DNA from: Rickettsiales bacterium
Lineage (GTDB): Bacteria; Pseudomonadota; Alphaproteobacteria; Rickettsiales; UBA1997
DNA: 64,000 nt
NCBI GenBank assembly: GCA_038123275.1
Contig: JAYORG010000001.1
Location: 66,710 to 130,709, forward strand
Direction of reading: 5' to 3'
This document shows, piece after piece, positions 60,302 through 64,000 of this stretch. Below the pieces are notes generated by a model. That model did not search any database and was not told the DNA's origin. It worked only from the letters and a program-made list of their open reading frames with translations. Made by a program: the position numbers and the translations under genes. Within the stretch, counting starts at the first letter, position 1, and each line of letters starts with the position of its first letter.

Positions 60302-61170
60302 TTATCTTGTCAGCTTCGAAAGAGGTTTATTATCTGTTTGAGAAGCCTCAGGAGCTTGTATATTTGTTTTAGGATTATTTCCTTTAGTTTTTAATTTTTT
60401 GCGAGATTTTCTTGGTTCTGGCATAGCAAATTCTTCATTTTTTGATTTATTGTCCAGGACTGATTCTGCTTTTCTTTTTTTCTTTTTAACTTGATCACTA
60501 ATTGAAGAGCTACTTTTTGACTTTGAAACTTCTTCATTTTTTGCATCCAATGAGGGATATAGTATATTATCTGGAATTTCCCCTTTTTTATTTTGTTGTT
60601 GCAATATATCTAATAGTCCATTTGTTCGACAAAATTCTGATAGATTATGATTATTTTTGGCAGCAAAATGAGCAATATTATTTTTCCCAACTACATCATA
60701 TAGGCTTAGATCTGCTCCTAAACCACGTAGGTATGAAAGCATTTTCTTGTTACCATGATAAGCAGCATAGTGAGCAGGTAGTGGTTTATCATTAAATGAT
60801 GTATTTAATAGCGTGCCATGTGGATTTTGTGATGGATTTGCTTCTTTATATAGAGCATCATATCTATTGATTAATATTTCAATAAATCGGTGATTATCTT
60901 GTAGTACTAAGCAATTTATTAAAGTTATGCCATTATATTCATGTCCAAAGTCAAGAACAGATGGTGTTAGTGACTCAGGTAACTTTTCATCTTTGGGGTT
61001 TCTTTTAGGTACACTGGTACTAATTTCAACTTCAAGGTCATCAAGTTGATCCATATATTGTGATTTTTCTTTAGCTGTTTGTGGAATATGTCCATTTATT
61101 AATCTACCTTTTAATAATAAGTTAATAATTCTAGTATATATGTCTTGATTATCTGCGCTTGATTTACTCA
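60302..61170 (-). CDS. Ankyrin-repeat protein with a lysine-rich (NLS-like) C-terminus
   Basis: PAHYAAYHGNKKMLSYLRGLGADLSL..NIAHFAAKNNH, and C-terminal KKKKRKAES...PRKSRKKLKTK. The ATG at 61170 is preceded by GGAGGT. Confidence 0.8.
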
Positions 61171-61343
61171 TTTTTACCTCCACTAAAGTTAATTACTAAA
61201 TCACTTTATAGTACCTAACTAGTATATCATAACTTTGATCATTTTGCAAATTTTTGGCAAATCACTTGACTAGTTATTTAGGAAAATGATAGTTAATTAA
61301 AAGCAGATAGCATTTTTTGGTTACATTAACATAAAAATTAACT

Positions 61344-61895
61344 ATGACAAAAAATATCTTAACTTATCAAGGAATAACTCCAAAAATTGATAAATCAGCC
61401 TTTATTGCATCAACTGCTATTGTTAGTGGTGATACAGTTATTGGAAAAGATGTAGGAATTTGGTTTGGGACAGTTATTAGAGGTGATGTTGCTAAAATTA
61501 GAATAGGAGATGGCACCAACATTCAAGATAATAGTGTCGTTCATGTAACAAGAGCTAATCATGCTCAAAATAAAACAGGAGATGAGGGTGGACCAACAAT
61601 TATTGGTAAAGGAGTTACAATTGGTCACAATGCTATTATTCATGCTTGTATTATTGAAGATTATGCCTTTATTGGTATGGGATGCATTGTAATGGATTTA
61701 GCAAAAGTCGAATCTTATGGAATGCTTGCTGCTGGTGCTGTTTTAACTCCTGGTAAAATAGTAAAATCTGGACAAATTTGGGCAGGAAGCCCAGCAAAAT
61801 ATATGCGCGATTTAACTAAAGAGGAAAAAGATTACATCAAAGTTTCAGAAGAAAACTACATCGACTTAGCCAGGGAATATAAAGAAATGCTTTAG
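61344..61895 (+). CDS. Gamma-class carbonic anhydrase-like hexapeptide-repeat protein
   Basis: IWFGTVIRGD..IRIGDGTNIQDNSVVH..GHNAIIHAC left-handed beta-helix repeats. Confidence 0.85.
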   Translation: MTKNILTYQGITPKIDKSAFIASTAIVSGDTVIGKDVGIWFGTVIRGDVAKIRIGDGTNIQDNSVVHVTRANHAQNKTGDEGGPTIIGKGVTIGHNAIIHACIIEDYAFIGMGCIVMDLAKVESYGMLAAGAVLTPGKIVKSGQIWAGSPAKYMRDLTKEEKDYIKVSEENYIDLAREYKEML

Positions 61896-61911
61896 ATAAC
61901 AGTTTCTAGAT

Positions 61912-62100
61912 TTATCTAGAACGGTCTTTATCAGTTTCTTGTAATTTAGTAACTTCTCTATTGGTAACCAACAATCCAACTGGTTCATTTGCAGTTCTTT
62001 CGCATGCTTGCGTTATAAAGCTGCATAAAGTTGCTTGTTGATCTTCTGAAAAATTCTGAAATTCTTCAGCTCCTTTTTTAATTCCTGATATTGTTGCCAT
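61912..62100 (-). CDS. Small hypothetical protein (62 aa)
   Basis: ORF only. Lies 2 nt downstream of the preceding ORF. Confidence 0.4.
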   Translation of the reverse strand: MATISGIKKGAEEFQNFSEDQQATLCSFITQACERTANEPVGLLVTNREVTKLQETDKDRSR

Positions 62101-62102
62101 AT

Positions 62103-62399
62103 TTATTTTAATTCATTTTCTTTAATAAAAGATAATACTTTTGCTGGACTTAAAATCATAAAAGAACCTTCTGGTCCTGCTAAAATTGCAATTCTAAATA
62201 AAGTATAAATTACTGAGCGATATTTTTTATCCAACTTTGATAATTTAGTTTTTAAAATTACCGGATTATAAATATCTTTTCTAGTTAGAGATTCAAGAAT
62301 TGGCATGATTTCTTCAGCCATTTTCCTTGTTTCTTCTAGTTCACGTTTTTCTAGTTCTAGAAGTTTTTCAATCTCTAATAAACGAGAATTTTCACTCAT
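62103..62399 (-). CDS. Small hypothetical protein (98 aa) with a coiled-coil-like N-terminus
   Basis: ORF only. Confidence 0.5.
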   Translation of the reverse strand: MSENSRLLEIEKLLELEKRELEETRKMAEEIMPILESLTRKDIYNPVILKTKLSKLDKKYRSVIYTLFRIAILAGPEGSFMILSPAKVLSFIKENELK

Positions 62400-62406
62400 T
62401 ATTATT

Positions 62407-63369
62407 TTACAAAAAATTATTAAAAAGACTTTTTAAGTCTATAAACAAATTATCGCGAAGTCTTATACTAACATAATTAAACATTTTTGGCAAGAAATTT
62501 AAATAATTTTCTTTTTTATCTCTAATAGCAAGTCTAGAAAATATGCCAATTATCTTTATATTTCTTTGTAAGGATAATATTTGATAATCAATTAAAAATT
62601 GTTTTTTATCACAGTTAGAACTTTCTAAATAACGCTCTATTACTAAATTTACAGTGTTTTCACCAACATCTCTTCTGGCATCTTCTAGTAAAGAAACTAG
62701 ATCATAAGCGCTTGATCCTAAAACTGCATCTTGAAAATCAAGCAAAGCAACCTTTTCTTCAAATAAAAATAAATTATCGGCATGAAAGTCGCGCAAAACC
62801 AATTTTTTATCATTACTTAATTTTTTAAATAGGTTTTTAAATAATTTCTGAAATTCTAATATTTGTTCTTTTGAAGCTGGTTTTTTAGCAATATGAGGTA
62901 GATACCAATCAATAAAAAGCATTACTTCACTCATAAGTAGTGTTTCATCATAATCAGGAATATCTTTTAAAGATTTTATTTTGTGTATATCAACCAAAAC
63001 ATCGCAGGCTTTTTCATAAAGTTCTAATTCTTTACTTTCTAGCTGAGTATTTCCTAAGTTCTTCAAAGCATTTGAATAGCTAACATCACCAAAATCTTGT
63101 AATAAAAGAAAGCCATTTTCATAATCAGTAGCAAATATTTTTGGAGCTAAGAAACCATTATCTATCAAAATATTATCAATTTTAACAAATGGTCTTATAT
63201 CTTCATATTCTACTGGAGCATCCATTAAAATTAGGTTTAATTGATCATTTCTAGAAATACGATAATAGCTACGAAATGAGGCATCTCCAGCAATTTTTTT
63301 TATGTTATAATTGCTAATATTGCTACTTGTTAGAAAATTTTTGATTTGATTTTCTCTGCTTACGCCCAT
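62407..63369 (-). CDS. Aminoglycoside-phosphotransferase-fold kinase, AmgK (MurNAc/GlcNAc kinase)-like
   Basis: LVLRDFHADNLF (HxDxxxxN) and LLDFQDAVLGSSAYDLVSLLEDARRD. Confidence 0.75.
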   Translation of the reverse strand: MGVSRENQIKNFLTSSNISNYNIKKIAGDASFRSYYRISRNDQLNLILMDAPVEYEDIRPFVKIDNILIDNGFLAPKIFATDYENGFLLLQDFGDVSYSNALKNLGNTQLESKELELYEKACDVLVDIHKIKSLKDIPDYDETLLMSEVMLFIDWYLPHIAKKPASKEQILEFQKLFKNLFKKLSNDKKLVLRDFHADNLFLFEEKVALLDFQDAVLGSSAYDLVSLLEDARRDVGENTVNLVIERYLESSNCDKKQFLIDYQILSLQRNIKIIGIFSRLAIRDKKENYLNFLPKMFNYVSIRLRDNLFIDLKSLFNNFL

Positions 63370-64000
63370 TTAAGATAACACTTTATTCCCAATTTTAAGT
63401 CTTAATGCATTTAATTTAATAAATCCGGCAGCGTCTTTTTGGTCATAAACATTATCTTCTTCAAAGGTTACATGTTTTTCACTGTAAAGACTTTTTGGTG
63501 ATTTGCGACCAATTACTGTAACAGTGCCCTTATAAAGGCTTAATTTAACAGTACCACAAACATTTTCCTGAGATTTATCTATTAAAGCTTGTAACATCTC
63601 TCTTTCTGGAGAAAACCAGAATCCATTGTAAATTAATTTAGCATATTTTGGCATGATTTCATCTTTTAAATGAGTTGCTTCACGATCCAGTGTGATACTT
63701 TCAATGCCTCGATGTGCGCTAAGTAATATTGTGCCACCCGGAGTTTCATAAACCCCACGCGATTTCATACCAATAAAACGATTTTCAACAATATCAATTC
63801 TACCAATACCGTTTTTACCGCCTAGTTCATTTAATTTGGCTAATAAATTAGCAGGAGATAGTTTTTTGCCATCGATAGCTATTGGGTCTCCTTTTTCAAA
63901 TTCAATTTCAATAATAGTTTCTTTATCTGGTGCATTTTTAGGTGATATACTACGTTGATAAACATATTCTGGAGCTTGATTCCAAGGATCTTCTAAAATC
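63370..64000 (-). CDS. argG: Argininosuccinate synthase (3' part; the gene start lies beyond the window)
   Basis: [24 protein letters not shown] and FIKLNALRL. The frame stays open to the window edge. Confidence 0.9.
   Translation of the reverse strand, partial: ILEDPWNQAPEYVYQRSISPKNAPDKETIIEIEFEKGDPIAIDGKKLSPANLLAKLNELGGKNGIGRIDIVENRFIGMKSRGVYETPGGTILLSAHRGIESITLDREATHLKDEIMPKYAKLIYNGFWFSPEREMLQALIDKSQENVCGTVKLSLYKGTVTVIGRKSPKSLYSEKHVTFEEDNVYDQKDAAGFIKLNALRLKIGNKVLS

Overview
Visibly AT-rich, gene-dense alphaproteobacterial chromosome segment. Its gene content fits an obligate intracellular, Rickettsiales/Holosporales-like bacterium: class I LysRS, GapR/DUF2312, an NtrX-like regulator, scattered rvh-type T4SS genes and ankyrin/NLS-like proteins. 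Most of the window is housekeeping: trmD-rimM-nusB, rplU-rpmA, lolD, folB, aspS, two aminotransferases, coaX, RNase J, dxr, rseP, uvrC, tRNA-Pro, rnpA, fixH/fixI, purL, glmM, alaS, fabD, galU, lysK, kbl, dgt-like and argG. Accessory genes are interspersed. The most unusual locus is at the left edge (nt 3-2982). It holds tandem paralogs of a secreted cysteine-rich protein, and the complete copy fuses a clear VirB2/TrbC T4SS pilin domain to about 9 eukaryote-like CCP(sushi)-type four-cysteine modules. Other notable items:
- alaS is cleanly split into two intact ORFs 8.8 kb apart on the same strand.
- purL is split at its inter-domain linker.
- An AMIN-TPR-beta-barrel outer-membrane protein (Slam/DUF560-like) is translationally coupled to a very acidic secreted protein.
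- virB3 and virB10 are orphaned.
- One effector-like gene is broken at an (AT)5 tract.
- Several proteins carry NLS-like basic clusters and ankyrin or LRR-like repeats.
- Two truncated gene remnants abut each other.
- A tRNA-like structured element sits in a 340-nt gene-free gap.
- Several long inverted-repeat elements occur, one pair showing a compensatory base-pair change.
I saw no CRISPR array, transposase, integrase or rRNA. All domain calls come from reading the translated ORFs by eye; no database search was run.
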